A DNA stretch of 64,000 nt, taken from contig CM022679.1 of NCBI GenBank assembly GCA_012295275.1, positions 30,752,001 to 30,816,000 of the forward strand, given 5' to 3'. Shown here piece after piece: positions 14,496-28,312 of this stretch (its first letter is position 1; every line of letters begins with the position of its first letter). The position numbers and the translations under genes were made by a program. The notes below the pieces were generated by a model. That model was not told the origin of the DNA and did no database searches. It was given only the letters and a program-made list of their open reading frames with translations. Source of the DNA: Chrysomallon squamiferum (lineage: Eukaryota; Animalia; Mollusca).

Positions 14496-15397
14496 TATGT
14501 TATTTTGACTACGAATGTCATCAAATTTTTCAAATCACACATCACCATTATATTTTAGTTGCTTTGGTATATAACTCTGTTAATTTGGCATAATATATCT
14601 ACACACATCGCATAATACACAATACACATTATAAGTTATTAACATTATATATATAATTTATATGTATATTATATGATTTGACAGACGATATAATATTTTG
14701 CTATCTTACAGTCAGTATAGTTATTTGTTTCACAACAATTTCGATAAATATATATGATAAAATCACCCAGTATCTTACAAGACTGGTGTGATATAGTTTT
14801 CTATTTCACTGCATATAAATCAGTTTTTCTCTAAGTATTTAATATTGTGTTACAGATTTTGCAGTGCATAATCAGTGTATGTAGAATATGTAGAATATGT
14901 CATGCTATGTGTAACAATGTATATAATCCAACCTTTTTCTATTCACTAAAATCTGGTGATGGGTTAATCAGACATCTCTCATGTGATAATTAAGACTTAT
15001 GGAATAATTATCCTCTATAAATGTAGGATTTCTCCCAGTGAAAACAATATAATGTCCAGCTAAATAGAGCATCCCATTTCACAGTGGAAATGGACTACAA
15101 AATAATGTATATCATAATGTTATCCAACACTGAATGCAATTTTTATCTCACAGTATAAATATCATTATATCTGATAATGCATATACGATCTCTGCATCCG
15201 ATTGCTAATACCATTCTTTATTCCACAGTGAATGGAATTCTGTATTTCACAGTGAACACAACTCTGCACCTTTCAGAAAACATAGCATCATTTCACAGCC
15301 AAAAAATATACACGTAACCTCCTGTTGACCTATCTCACTGTATCTCCCGCCTAATCCTTTCACAATCCTCTCGCAATCCTCTCCCAATCCCCTTTTT

Positions 15398-16030
15398 TCA
15401 GTAATCTGGTGATAATTTGTTCAGCTTCTCTTCAGACGGATGGATTACATTGGACGATTCGTCGTCGCAAACCAAATCCTCCTGGGAAAACTTCAGAGCC
15501 GGATTGATTTTCCCGTTGGCCTCCGTGTACTTGGGAATGGGCGTCAGGTCGTTGGGGTTGTCCCTGGTCGCCAGCGCGATGTTCTCCTCCGGTATGTTCA
15601 CGATGCACATGAACACGTCGAACCTCCTGGGAAACATCCCCGTCTCGAACGCGTATTTCAGAGGATACGACACCCCGGCGATCGTGGCCAGGCTCATGAG
15701 CATTGAGAACGTCTTGAAAGGAAACAGCTGTATATTGTTCTTGTAGTCGTAAAACGGGTAGTAGATGATGGGTTCGATGAGCATGGCGGGTTCTCCGCCG
15801 CCCAGACGGAAGAACAGACCCGTGATGTAGCCCAGCAGGGAGCCGTACGTGTTGCTCGACTTGATGAATAACACTGAGATGAGCTGAGGAAACAGGACGA
15901 CGTAGACCAAGTCTGCGCAGAGGTACCACAGCTCGTAGATCGACGTCACGGTGATCGCCATGGACGTTGCCATGATGCCGACCCCGAATATGGCCACCCT
16001 CATCACCCAGAGGATTTCCCTTTCAGACGC
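15398..16030 (-). CDS. SLC5A7: SLC5A7 terminal coding exon
   Basis: ASEREILWVMRVAIFGVG...LWYLCADLVYVVLFPQL...NTYGS...GGEP...FPFKT... to TGA. 633 nt. The 8 exons sum to 1722 nt, which is 573 aa plus stop. Confidence 0.97.
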   Translation of the reverse strand, partial: ASEREILWVMRVAIFGVGIMATSMAITVTSIYELWYLCADLVYVVLFPQLISVLFIKSSNTYGSLLGYITGLFFRLGGGEPAMLIEPIIYYPFYDYKNNIQLFPFKTFSMLMSLATIAGVSYPLKYAFETGMFPRRFDVFMCIVNIPEENIALATRDNPNDLTPIPKYTEANGKINPALKFSQEDLVCDDESSNVIHPSEEKLNKLSPDY

Positions 16031-16133
16031 CTGCATGGAGAGTAAGAAAGAAAGAAAGAAAGAAAGAGGTAAGAAACCTTAAAGATAATAAAAGAATGGA
16101 ATAATATTATAGATAATCAATCATTAGTGTCCG

Positions 16134-16380
<247 letters not shown>

Positions 16381-16487
16381 TTTATTTGTGTGCTTCTTTT
16401 TTGTTTTTATTTCTTTTTGGGGAACAGTTCAAAGATGGGTAAAGTCACTTTCCTATCTGATACTAATTTTTTTAAAAAGAATCAGAC

Positions 16488-16705
16488 CTGCTGTCTAAAG
16501 ATACACTTGTAGATGTTTCTGGAAAACATGGAGCTGGCAGACAAGATGGAGGAATCAGCAGACGACATCACTGCTGCTGAGACGGCACCGAGGCCGAGGA
16601 AGGACACCGCTGCAGGACACAGAAACTGCAGACACATGGGCAGGATCAGGTTCAGTGTGTCGTTTGGAAGAGGTACAGGTCCGTCCCAGTCAGTCTGATT
16701 CCAGT
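16488..16705 (-). CDS. SLC5A7: SLC5A7 coding exon 7
   Basis: [73 protein letters not shown], with the conserved [10 protein letters not shown] motif and the NQT glycosylation sequon. 218 nt, phase 1-0, weak donor GTCTGA. Confidence 0.95.
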
Positions 16706-16782
16706 CTGAAACGATTTAAAAAAATGATAAAAATGAAAATAAATAACTACTACTAGTACTACTACTACTGCTACTGCTGCTA

Positions 16783-16823
<41 letters not shown>

Positions 16824-16890
16824 ACTACTACTATTACTACTGCTACTACTACTACTACTAACACTAAAACTCTAATATTAATAATAATAA

Positions 16891-16921
<31 letters not shown>

Positions 16922-17459
16922 AAGAAGAAGAAAATAAATGAATAAATAAATAAATAAATAAAAGGAGAAATTTTAAATGCATTAAAATCATAATAGAGTG
17001 GTTGCAAACATATTCTAAATGATTAAGCTGGTACCGTAAGCAATATGCATATGTGGATTTTTATAGCCAAGCAATAAAAACCCAAGCAACTAAGACTGAG
17101 GCAACTGTATTATACATACAAAATTATTTATTTTATAGTATCCAACAGACCAAGAAAGAGGCAACTGATATTATCTCAGAAAACAAGCTATATGCAATGA
17201 TTTCTTTTTAAGCATCAAAGAAGAGGGTTACAGAATGTTCATCATATATTCCTGTTATGATTTGGGAACGTAGAATTCCCAATACCGACTGACTGTTCAT
17301 GGCCAGACAAACGAAACGTGCTATCATTTCTACAAAACATGATCAAACTTGGACACATGCTTAATAACTATAAACGCTCAGAAAAGAAAAACATTAAGAC
17401 TAAGTAGGTATGATATATTCCAGTTAATACCACAGTGTGAGGTTATTCATGTATTTTAC

Positions 17460-17589
17460 CTGTGGAGGCTGCAATGGCGCCTAATAAAACAGCAGGAATA
17501 GCCATGATGATACAACCAAAAGCAGCAATGAAGGACAGCACCTGAGCTTTCAAAGCTGACTTCGATGACAAAACTCGTTGGAAATATAC
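17460..17589 (-). CDS. SLC5A7: SLC5A7 coding exon 6
   Basis: [43 protein letters not shown](D). 130 nt, phase 0-1. Confidence 0.95.
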
Positions 17590-18015
17590 CTGCAATTAGA
17601 AGCAGGTAAATGTTACATTAATTATACCTGTAATAATATAACAAAGGAAAACTGAACTAATTACATTTGTTTATATATAAACAAAGGTTGTATAATATAT
17701 TATCAGATGTAACGATGTTTTGACTGTCAGATGAAAATTGAAATCAGTGTCACATAACATTTTATTCACTGAGACATATATTACAATTAATACACGTTTC
17801 ATGTAACAATAAACGTTATAGAAGGTAAATTAAATCATGTGTAAAATTAAAAGTATTGAAAATATAACATTAACTGTAATAGTAACTTACATATGTAATG
17901 AGAACGTACCCAAAATATTCAGCTATAAAACTTAATTCATTTGAAATAACTATTTATTTTTCATCTCACATACAGAGTGTGTCTAATTCTCCTTCCTCAT
18001 ACAACACAAACCTAC

Positions 18016-18168
18016 CTGCCAGGGGATTCCTCCAAAGATCAGCAGCAAGTAGGTGTCGATATACGAACCCGCAGCCTCTGCTTCAATGCTGCCCATCCAG
18101 TTCTCTGTGGCATTAACAGTTATAGGACTTACTGCCTCGTGCGTGAAAGCAAACGGAATACTCAACCA
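18016..18168 (-). CDS. SLC5A7: SLC5A7 coding exon 5
   Basis: WLSIPFAFTHEAVSPITVNATENWMGSIEAEAAGSYIDTYLLLIFGGIPWQ. 153 nt, phase 0-0, donor GTAGG. Confidence 0.95.
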
Positions 18169-18680
18169 CTGAATAATAATAATAATAATAACAATAATAA
18201 TAATAATAACGATAACAGCAACATCAGCAACAGTAACAATAATAATCATCATAATAATCATTATCATTATCATCATAGCAACAACAAGAACAAAAAACCA
18301 ATAATGATAATAATGACAACAAAAGTAGTCGCTGTAATAATACTAATAGTAGTTGTAATATATATGTATGTATGTATGTATGTATCTACAGACATGCATA
18401 CATACATACATACATACATACACACTTATATTATTGTTGTTGTTGTTAGTAAAAGAAAAAAATTAGATAAATATTTTCAATTTATTTATAATCTATTCAT
18501 CTTTGATTTACCAATAAAAACTTCAGCTGAGAACAAATTATATATATTATTAACAAGAACCAAAAAATAATAATTTTAAAAATGATTTTTATTTATTTAT
18601 AATCGATCTCAAACCAATGAAAAGTTCACCTGAAAACAGTTCTTATATATTATTATTTATTTATAACAGTACTGACTTAC

Positions 18681-18829
18681 CAAACCGATGAAGATCATGA
18701 AGAGCTGAACAACGTCAGTGTACGCGACAGAGTACAAACCTCCAACCAACGTGTAGAACAGGGCAATACACGACGACACAATGATTGCAGTCTTAGTGTC
18801 CATGTCAACGATCACAGACAACGTAGCAC
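18681..18829 (-). CDS. SLC5A7: SLC5A7 coding exon 4
   Basis: [50 protein letters not shown], including the sodium:solute symporter motif [14 protein letters not shown]. 149 nt, phase 1-0, donor GTAAG. Confidence 0.96.
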
Positions 18830-18870
18830 CTGAAACAGCAATTTAAAAAATAAATAAATAAATAAAAACA

Positions 18871-18905
<35 letters not shown>

Positions 18906-20031
18906 ATGATAGCAATCCAATTATGACATCTGATAAATATATTTAACACAGATGTTTAGATTATCGTTTGAAAATGTATATATCCATCTATCTATAGTTT
19001 AAAAAGAAAATTGGCGATAAACGTCATTAATTGTCGCTCATCATGTGACATTTCTGTTTTAACAGCCTACCTAAATGTTAAATATATTCTAATGTTTACA
19101 GGTAATCGTAAAGTATCTACATATATCTGACAGTCTTAATAAGGTATTTTTCTTATATTTCTGTAAATAAGATAAAAACAAGATATATAAGATAAAATTT
19201 GATTTACTATTCGGACTGTTTTTTTTTTTTTTTTTTTTTTTTTTTACATACCTGTAAAAATCATAGGATCAAACTCAGGTTACTTAGAAGCAATAAAGCA
19301 AATTCTAAATTTTCATTGCTGTGACGTAAAACAAAAGCACTATAATGTACGCAACCAGTAATATCTATGAAAGTCGATTATAATCATCACTAGCAGATAA
19401 ATATTTTGTTCATCACTGGTAACCCAGTTAAGCCCGAGAATTAATAAAAATTCATTAATAGTTTACTATTCGAGCCAATCAATGAACAATTATTTTTAAT
19501 GTAAGACTTTATATTTAGCGGAATGCTGATGAAAACATTCGGGAATAAAAGAAAGCAACAACAACAAAAAATATTAAAATTAAATTAAATTAAATTAAAA
19601 TAAAATTAAAATTTTTAAAAATTTTATAAATATATATTAATTCCTACTTTAAATAAATATTCATTATTTTTCTAAGGATTAACTATCTCAGTATTTTCGT
19701 TTTGTTTTTTAATTTTGTTTTATTTTTATTATTTATTATTATTAGTAGTAGTAGTAATAGTAGTGGTTTAGTTTAGTTTTGTTTTTACACATTTATTTCA
19801 TCCTTTCTATCCTTCTTTCCTTTCTTTCTTTCCTATTTCAAAAAAGTATAAGCCTTTTATTAATTATAATGCGGCGGACCTAAAGGGGAAGAAACAGTAT
19901 CAAGTCAGATAACTCATGACAGCTTCCAGTGAAGGCTAATTACCTCCCCTGCTGTTCACGCAAAGTGCCACAGTTACACAGGAGTTGGCTATCTCCTAAC
20001 AGTTCATCCCAAAATGATCATATTAAAGTAC

Positions 20032-20187
20032 CGAGAGCTGAGAGGACTGCCGCCGTCCAGAACACCTCTCCAAGCAGAGCAGGCAGGTAGAGTAGTCCCC
20101 CCATGCGTTCGCCGTATTTCACCTGGAACGGGTCGAGCATAGTGACGTAGCCTTCTCTTCGCATCTTGTTGGCAAAGAATAATCCTC
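20032..20187 (-). CDS. SLC5A7: SLC5A7 coding exon 3
   Basis: [52 protein letters not shown](G). 156 nt, phase 1-1. Confidence 0.96.
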
Positions 20188-20357
20188 CTGAAATAAAGAC
20201 ACACACAAAAAAAATATATAATAATAATAATATAAAGTAAGTAATGGTTTTGGTTAACAACAATAATAATAATAATAATGTAGTTATTGTAAATGTTTAT
20301 TGTTGATAATTTTAATGAATAATATAATTTTTTGTTGTTGCTGTTTTTTGGTTTTTT

Positions 20358-20393
<36 letters not shown>

Positions 20394-21232
20394 TACGACA
20401 GAAAAACAGATGTTAAATTATTGATGTTGTTTCTGCTGCTATTGATTTTATCATCATCACCATCAATGAAACTGAATAAGTTAATTAGGTGTAATTCATA
20501 TGAACGATAATAAGGTTGAAACTTTAATTTTGTTGTTATATATATAAAACAATAAACTGCAAATGGGAATAAATTTTAAAACAATTTAATTAGTCTGTTA
20601 AAAAAAATTATTATCCAGATATTAAAATTGTTTAAATAAATAAAATAAAATTTAATAAACTACAGTAACCGAATGTTGTAAACCTCAGTAATTCAAATAT
20701 TTTATACTTCAGTAATTCAGATAGTTTCTGCTTAAATAAATCCTTTGTTGCACACGAAATAACACAAATATATTGTACTTCAATAACTCATTTATTTTAT
20801 GCTTCGTTACATCAAATATGTTATACATCAGAAATTCATATCTAACAAATAGTCACACAAACATTATATACTTGAATAACTATAATACTTTTATACTTCA
20901 TTAAATCATTTAATTTGCAATTTGTAACACAAATATTGTATTCCCCAATAGCTTCTCTATTTTATGCTTGATCAAATTACAACTAATACCACAGTAGCAC
21001 ATATATTTTGTATTTGGCATAGGCAGCAAAGTCCACTGGTGTTGAATTTAGTTGTTCCATCTTAATTTAAACTGTTCGAATTAACTAACAGCCGAAACAA
21101 ACAAAACAAATTTACACAGAAATAAACATATACATGCTCAAACACACGCATACACAGAAAAAGACAATGTAAATGCACAGTTCCAATTTTATTAAAATTA
21201 CTAAATATTTAATCTAAGTGAACACTGCTTAC

Positions 21233-21340
21233 CAAACACCAAGCTAAGGGCGTATCCAAAGGGCGCCTGGCACCACACGAGCCCACTCCTCACTATGATC
21301 TCTGCCGTGCCATTGATATAGGCACCGCCCACCCATGTTG
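21233..21340 (-). CDS. SLC5A7: SLC5A7 coding exon 2
   Basis: [36 protein letters not shown](G). AG/GTAAG boundaries, 108 nt, phase 1-1. Not in the ORF track; translated by hand. Confidence 0.96.
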
Positions 21341-21589
21341 CTGAAAAAATATAATTAGAAAAATTTTATCTAAAAGTTTTTTCTTTTACGGTCTTCAAGT
21401 ATGTAAGAAATGAAGCTTCAGGAACATATTTTCAGAAAGGTGAAAAAAATATAAAAAAAATTATCATAATCATCATCGTCATCGTCATCATCATCATAAT
21501 AACAACAACAATAACAAAACAACAATAATATATTTAATAAATATTAGCACTGTTTGGACTAAAAATAAATCTGTTTGGAGAGAGAAAAT

Positions 21590-21639
<50 letters not shown>

Positions 21640-22315
21640 CCGCGTGTCTGTATCCAATTCTCGCACTCAGAGGAATACTCACACTAATACACTGTCACGC
21701 ACATACATACACAGAGAGACACAGCATGTGTAAAATAACTGTTACTTAGATCTGTATTCAAAGTCATCGACCACTAGATTCAAACGTACACTCGAAGCCA
21801 CAAGCTGCACACAAAACAAAGTAACTAGGACTATTAAGTGTTAACATTTGTACAAACAAGTGTGAAGCTTTCTGGGCTGGCGTCTCCTTTAATCTGACAA
21901 AGTGTGGTCAAACAGCAGGAAAATCCACAAGCAAAGTGGTACTAGAGTCAAGTTAAGCTGGTGAGCTTGGTGATGTGGTTTTTTAACACTTACACATCAG
22001 CAAAACGTATCACGAAATCTGCAGATCGATCTGGAATCACTGTGATTTACAAATCCACTGAAATGTGTGTGTGTGTGTGTGTGTGTGTATGTTATAAATA
22101 TGTATATATTTATTTAAGTTTAAATATCTGGAATCTAGGCACTGAACTGATTCATAATGAGTTCAAATTATAAGGTCTTATTATATGCGTATGGTGAAGA
22201 AGAAAATGAGAATTAGTGTTTTAAAAAAACTGAAGTAGCTAATGAGTGAAAAATCAGCCTGTTGTAAGAAAGTTTTTGTGCCTGGATTACATTTTAATAA
22301 ATATGTACGTGTTTG

Positions 22316-22365
<50 letters not shown>

Positions 22366-22880
22366 GTGTATTTGGGTTTAAGTAAATACAACACAGACAT
22401 AATTGATCTCTGCACGCTTAGTGAAATAATATCAATCATGTACATTAATCAAATAGTTACACTGCAGCAATTTCGTATTAATAAGTCATCATATCAAACC
22501 TATTAATCTATTACATAATCGACATCACCGCCAACGCAGACAAAATCCATGAAAATTTTATTATTATTATTATTATTATTTTAATTAAAAAAAAAATAAT
22601 AATGTTTAAAAGAAAAAATATAGATTAAAAATTAATGTTAAAAAAGAAAAAAAGTATATGAGAGATAAAAAATTAACGTTTAAAAGAAAAAAAAAAACAG
22701 AAATCATTTCTCTCCATTGTCTGTTCTGATAATAATTGATTTCAGCGTAACAAACTAATGATTGATCGAATGTTTCCCGTACATCGATTAACAAACGCAC
22801 GGACTGTTTGACAATCCTGTAATACCGTCTTGTCGTGCCACCATTATCGGAATAAACTGTAAAAACCATTCATTTTACGT

Positions 22881-22949
22881 GCGGGAAAGGTCACGTGACG
22901 TTGACAAGGTATTTCATCATGGCTTCCTTAACGAGAGTGAAAATGGCGG
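22881..22949 (+). promoter_or_regulatory. Intronic cluster of E2F-like, E-box/CLEAR and YY1 motifs
   Basis: GCGGGAAA 22881-22888, GGTCACGTGAC 22889-22899, AAAATGGCGG 22940-22949. Confidence 0.4.
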
Positions 22950-22989
22950 TGATTTGTTACGCTGAAGAAGCTGGCGACTCATTAACAGA

Positions 22990-23830
22990 TTAAATACAAT
23001 GCTTTCTTTCGCCTGTTTTTCCTCTTGTAGGCGATGTTAAATACAAGACTTTCGCTTTATTTTATTTCATTTTATTTTATGTAGGTGGTCGCTGAACGAT
23101 TGAATACAATGTTTTATCCTCGCTTTTCTATATGGATTTACAGAGACTGTTTTAACAGTCTGTTTACCATTTTCCCTCTACGGGTTCATATTATAAGTTA
23201 AAATAAATATTCTTATTTTATATCTATATCTATCTATCTGTCGCCAAACACACACATATATATTAATTTTCTATGCACAAGAACAATGATTAAACGTTTC
23301 ATCTCTATTATTATTTTTTCTTCTTTTGTTTTTTATGTAGATTAACATAAATAGTTCAAATACAATAATTTTATCTTTTTCTCTCTAGGTGGATACTGAA
23401 TGCTTGAAATGCAATGATTAAACTCTGATTTTTTGTATGTAGATAGATGCAAACATTTTTAATACATTTTCCCATTTTATATATGTAGCTGAACATAAAG
23501 TAGGGTTTTGGGGGTGTTTTTTTTTTTGTCTGTGTTAGATAAATATAAGATAAGTAAATGTTTAGAATTGTGGCTCTATGTTGACTGAAATCAGCTGTTT
23601 AAATACAATATATTTCCATTGATTAAACTGTGTTTTTCTGTGTAGGTGGATACTGAATAATTAATTACAATGTTTTTGCCTCCTTTTTCTGTGTAGATTA
23701 TCATCAACTGTTTAAATACAATATTTAACGTATATGTACGTTATTTAATTACTATGTTAATTTACCTTTTGCTTTTACTTCTTTCTGATAGAGAACGAAT
23801 TCACTATGTAAATACTTACATTTTATCCTT
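22990..23830. repeat. Degenerate ~50-bp tandem array
   Basis: Recurring AAATACAAT ... TTTTTC-TGT(G/A)TAG(G/A)T(G)GATACTGAA elements. Confidence 0.65.
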
Positions 23831-23850
23831 AGGTTTCTTTATATAGACAG

Positions 23851-23901
<51 letters not shown>

Positions 23902-24258
23902 AAGACAGATAGATAATTAGATAGATAGATATAGTGAGAGAGACAGATATAATTTTAAATATATATATTATAAAACTCCACATATATGAAAAGAAAACCT
24001 AAGTAAAAATAATCAGTGACAACATAAACAGCAGAGAAACAAGACTAAAACGCTGCATTGAAAACTACATAGTAAACAAATAAATAAATAGCATTATAAT
24101 TAAACATTGTTTAAGTAAGATGTTTTCTAAAAAGTTTTATTTTATGTGTATATGGTCACTTGTTTTTTAAATCCACCACCATGGGGAAACTAGGTAATCC
24201 GGATCTATGTCTTTTATTAATTTCCTTCTTTTCATCCATCTTTTTCAAATTCATTCAT

Positions 24259-24305
<47 letters not shown>

Positions 24306-24478
24306 TTTGTTTATTTATTTTTTTATTTATTTGGTTTTATTTGATTTTATTCTTATTTACTATAGTATTAGGCTGTCTTCATTCTCAGTAATGTTGCCGT
24401 CATTTAAAGAATTTCTAGTTAAATTTAGCAACTGTTCAAGAAACGTTTCCTCTGAACCATTATCCTAGTTTTGCCTCA

Positions 24479-24510
<32 letters not shown>

Positions 24511-25316
24511 AACACAGCTTTCAGTTTAAATGATACGTATTAAACGAAAAATTCAAAATCTATTTTCTATTTCCTATGAAGAGTGTTTTAATTTGTTAAC
24601 CACATCATCGACGAATCCCTCTACACTGATAACGTATGTAATATTAAAGGAAGGTTACTATGTTAAAAGCATTAATTTTTCTGTATTCCTGTAAAGCATA
24701 CTAATGCGATTTTTTAAGACGCATTTTACTGTCAGTAAATAAAACCAAACATTCCTGCACACAGAACTATATCTGTCTTGCGTTTCCTGCCCGGGATAAT
24801 TTCATTCCATTGCTAGATGAAAAACTGTAACATCCGCACAAAGATAATGCGTATGAATCGTTATCGTCATAACAGAAAACATTATTAATTACCCCATCTT
24901 ACAGCAATGCACCAAAGTCTTATTCAAATCTATTTTCGAAACAGACAGAGGCATCGTTTAATGATCTCAAATTATTTAGGAAAAAAAAAATAGTCTCAAT
25001 CAGTAAAGCCTTTAATAGCAAAGGTCTTCTAACTGGTAATCGAGGACTGCACCCGCCTCAGTAATTGCCCCTGCATCCTACGGGATTCATTAGGCCGTTA
25101 TTGGCTACATTACTTGATCCAGCGACATTATACTGCGATATTGATCTGTGTGGAAGCACGAACAGGCAAAGATATCTCTCTCTGCTCTGGCTTTGCTAAA
25201 GTCTACCACAGAAGTTTTGATTTCCTATAGCTACGTTTGGCAGGAAGAGAGAGAGACACTGTTAGATACTAATACACAGTCGGAACGTATTTATTTCTAC
25301 AGCAGAAAAGTAACAC

Positions 25317-25514
<198 letters not shown>

Positions 25515-26891
25515 TTATTGTAATATATATATGAATAAAATAAGACAAACTCACGTTGTTTTTATATCAAAAACAAACGTGAACATGAGGCTGAAAAATG
25601 GCACCCAGATTACACAAATGTACATGCAAGTGATTTGCATTAAAGGCTCTCGCGATTTGAGATGCTAACAACGCCTGCGGTCAGGACAGCCTCATCAAAT
25701 GTTCACACACAGCTAAGCAAATTGCGAGAAAGAGAAATCCAATATGTCTTTGTTCAGAATATGTAAATGATGACTTTTTTTCCACATTACTTCACAAAAA
25801 ACCTCGGGCGGGGGAGCCGGTAATGACTGGTGTAATGTCTGCGATAAAAGGAAGTCCTGCAGGTTTTCCTGCAAAAATAACTTTTCAAAGATGTTTTATG
25901 AAGCATAATTGAGCCTTTGAATGCTAAAGTAGGCTTAGTAGTAGTAGTAGTAGTAGTAGCAGTAGTAATAGAAGTAGTGGTAATAGTAGTTAATGCTTAT
26001 GTTGTTCTTGTTGTAGAAGAACAAGTTATTGGTGTTATAGTAGAAACGGTGTAGTTGATGTTGTTGTTGTAGTAATAGTGCTAGACGTAAAATAGTAATA
26101 TAGATAGTAGTTGTTACTGTTGTAGATGTTGTGGTTATGGTTGTGGTTGTGGTTGCATTAGAAGTAGTGGTAGTGATAGTGTGGTGGTGCTGTGGTCATG
26201 TTATTAATAGTAGTTGTGGTAGTAGTAGCAGTAGTAGTGGTAGTAGTTGTTGTAGAAGAAGAAGTTATTAGAGATTTAGCAGTAATGGTGTAATGGTTGT
26301 AGCTCTAGTGTCAGTTTAAATAGTACTTTTAGCTTCAGTAGGTGCTATGTGCTATGTTATATCTTTCTTACTCAAACTCTCATCTTATTAAATATCAAGG
26401 GGAAAACATCAGTTTCAAAAACCTATCAGCTTTGAAATTAAATTAATTTGCTTTTGTCTGCAGTTACGTCTACTGACTAGTTTTCAGGTATAAGCACATC
26501 TCATTCTGAAAGAACCGTTTATTAGACGTGATATAGTGTACGTATATACTTTGAAAACATATTATATGGATAGCAGTCGTGTTCCTACTTAATGTGAAAA
26601 ACACGACAACGTTGCAGTTTATTTGTCGTTTGACAAATAAAACTCAATAAAATGTTCCTGTGATAAAAACAAATTCGTTAAATGTTCCGATTGTCATAAA
26701 AATCCAAGATGACACGTGTTTCTATGACCTCAGTAAAAAGGTGAAAAAAACAGGACAGTATAAACATACCGACTAAATACATAATGTATATTTGAATTCA
26801 GTTTTATTATCAGTTCGTAGTGATTTGTTTTTTTTCACTTTCTGTATTAATAAATATGTTGTTTTTCCAGTTTCTTTCTTTTTTCATTTAT

Positions 26892-26926
<35 letters not shown>

Positions 26927-27187
26927 AATAAAGACACTCATACACACACACACACACACAAAAACACACACAAATTTTTTTAAACTAATAAGAATTACAA
27001 AGTCTGACATGGACAAATTTCAAAATAATTCATTCAGCTTTTTAATGACATTGAATTTATATAGAACTATTGAAACTATGTAGAAACGTTGTATGTTAAT
27101 GTATGTGTGTGCGTATCTGTGTTTGTTAATAATGATCTAATTTTAAATAATAATCTCTTATCTGCGACATTGTGTCTGTTGTCATTC

Positions 27188-27387
27188 ATCGATATATTCA
27201 AACTCAAAGACTACTATCGATACATTCAAACTCAAAGACTACTATCGATATATTCAAACTCAAAGACTACTATCGATATATTCAAACTCAAAGACTACTA
27301 TCGATATATTCAAACTCAAAGACTACTATCGATATATTCAAACTCAAAGACTACTATCGATACGATATATTCAAACTAAGAGACTAT
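27188..27387. repeat. 28-bp minisatellite, about 7 copies
   Basis: Unit ATCGATATATTCAAACTCAAAGACTACT. Six near-identical copies plus one variant. Confidence 0.95.
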
Positions 27388-28281
27388 TTTCAGACTGAAA
27401 TAGTCACGATTCCTAATTCTAGCGCTGTCAGTCAGTCAGTCAGTTTTCTTTGTAAACCAGAAAGATAATTTGAGACTTCTGATGATTGGTATTGATCGAG
27501 AAATTCAAAGACTAAAACAACAATTTCTAAATTACAACCGTCATGCACAATTCCACTGCCATTTTACTGAAATGCCAGAAGTGTATAATTATCATCAGCA
27601 AATCACTGACTGAACGAATAAAAACAGCAACAATCAGTAAAAATAACATTTATTTTATATGATCAATGGAAACCAAAAAAAGTCTTGAATATTCATTTTA
27701 AAACAACACTGAGCGCCCAGTTTTGGTTGTTTTCTTCTCGATTGCAGAAATGTATGCATCTTAATACGCAATAATCATGAATAACTAACTTCACAGAGGT
27801 CACAAATAACGGAATAATCAATAAAAGAAAAAAAAAACGCCCTTAAATTGATTATAGACCAATATTCAATAACCGGATACAAAATTGCTTCTATTTCGGA
27901 AGTTTCGAGACGAACACTTTCATCTGCGGAGTAAATGTTGGCTGGCATTTGATTGGATGAAACTGTGTCATGTCTGCCCTTATCGAAGAATTATGGGAAA
28001 GATAACGTGGTAGGTCATGTGTGAATGTTTATCCTTAAAAGATCAATCTGTTTAAAATAGAAGTAATTTTATTTACAAATTCTTAAGTTGCGATTATTAT
28101 TAAATAAACTGTTGATTATTATGAAATAAAAGTTTTAGTTTCAATGTTTAAATATCAGTTTTGATGTTTTGAAAAATGTTATGTTAAAAGATAAAAAATA
28201 AAATCATGTTAGAAGTTAATAAAGAATAAATAAATTAACAATACAATCCATCAATCAGTCAATCAATCAATAAATCAATAA

Positions 28282-28312
<31 letters not shown>

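Noticed and set aside
15417-15929. Overlapping ORFs of 109, 165 and 88 aa
   Set aside because: Alternative-frame and antisense shadows of the GC-rich SLC5A7 last exon.
27089-27468. ORFs with a repeating 28-aa unit, and a possible CRISPR-like array
   Set aside because: These are translations of a 28-bp tandem repeat (3 units = 28 codons). There are no unique spacers and no cas genes, and the context is eukaryotic.
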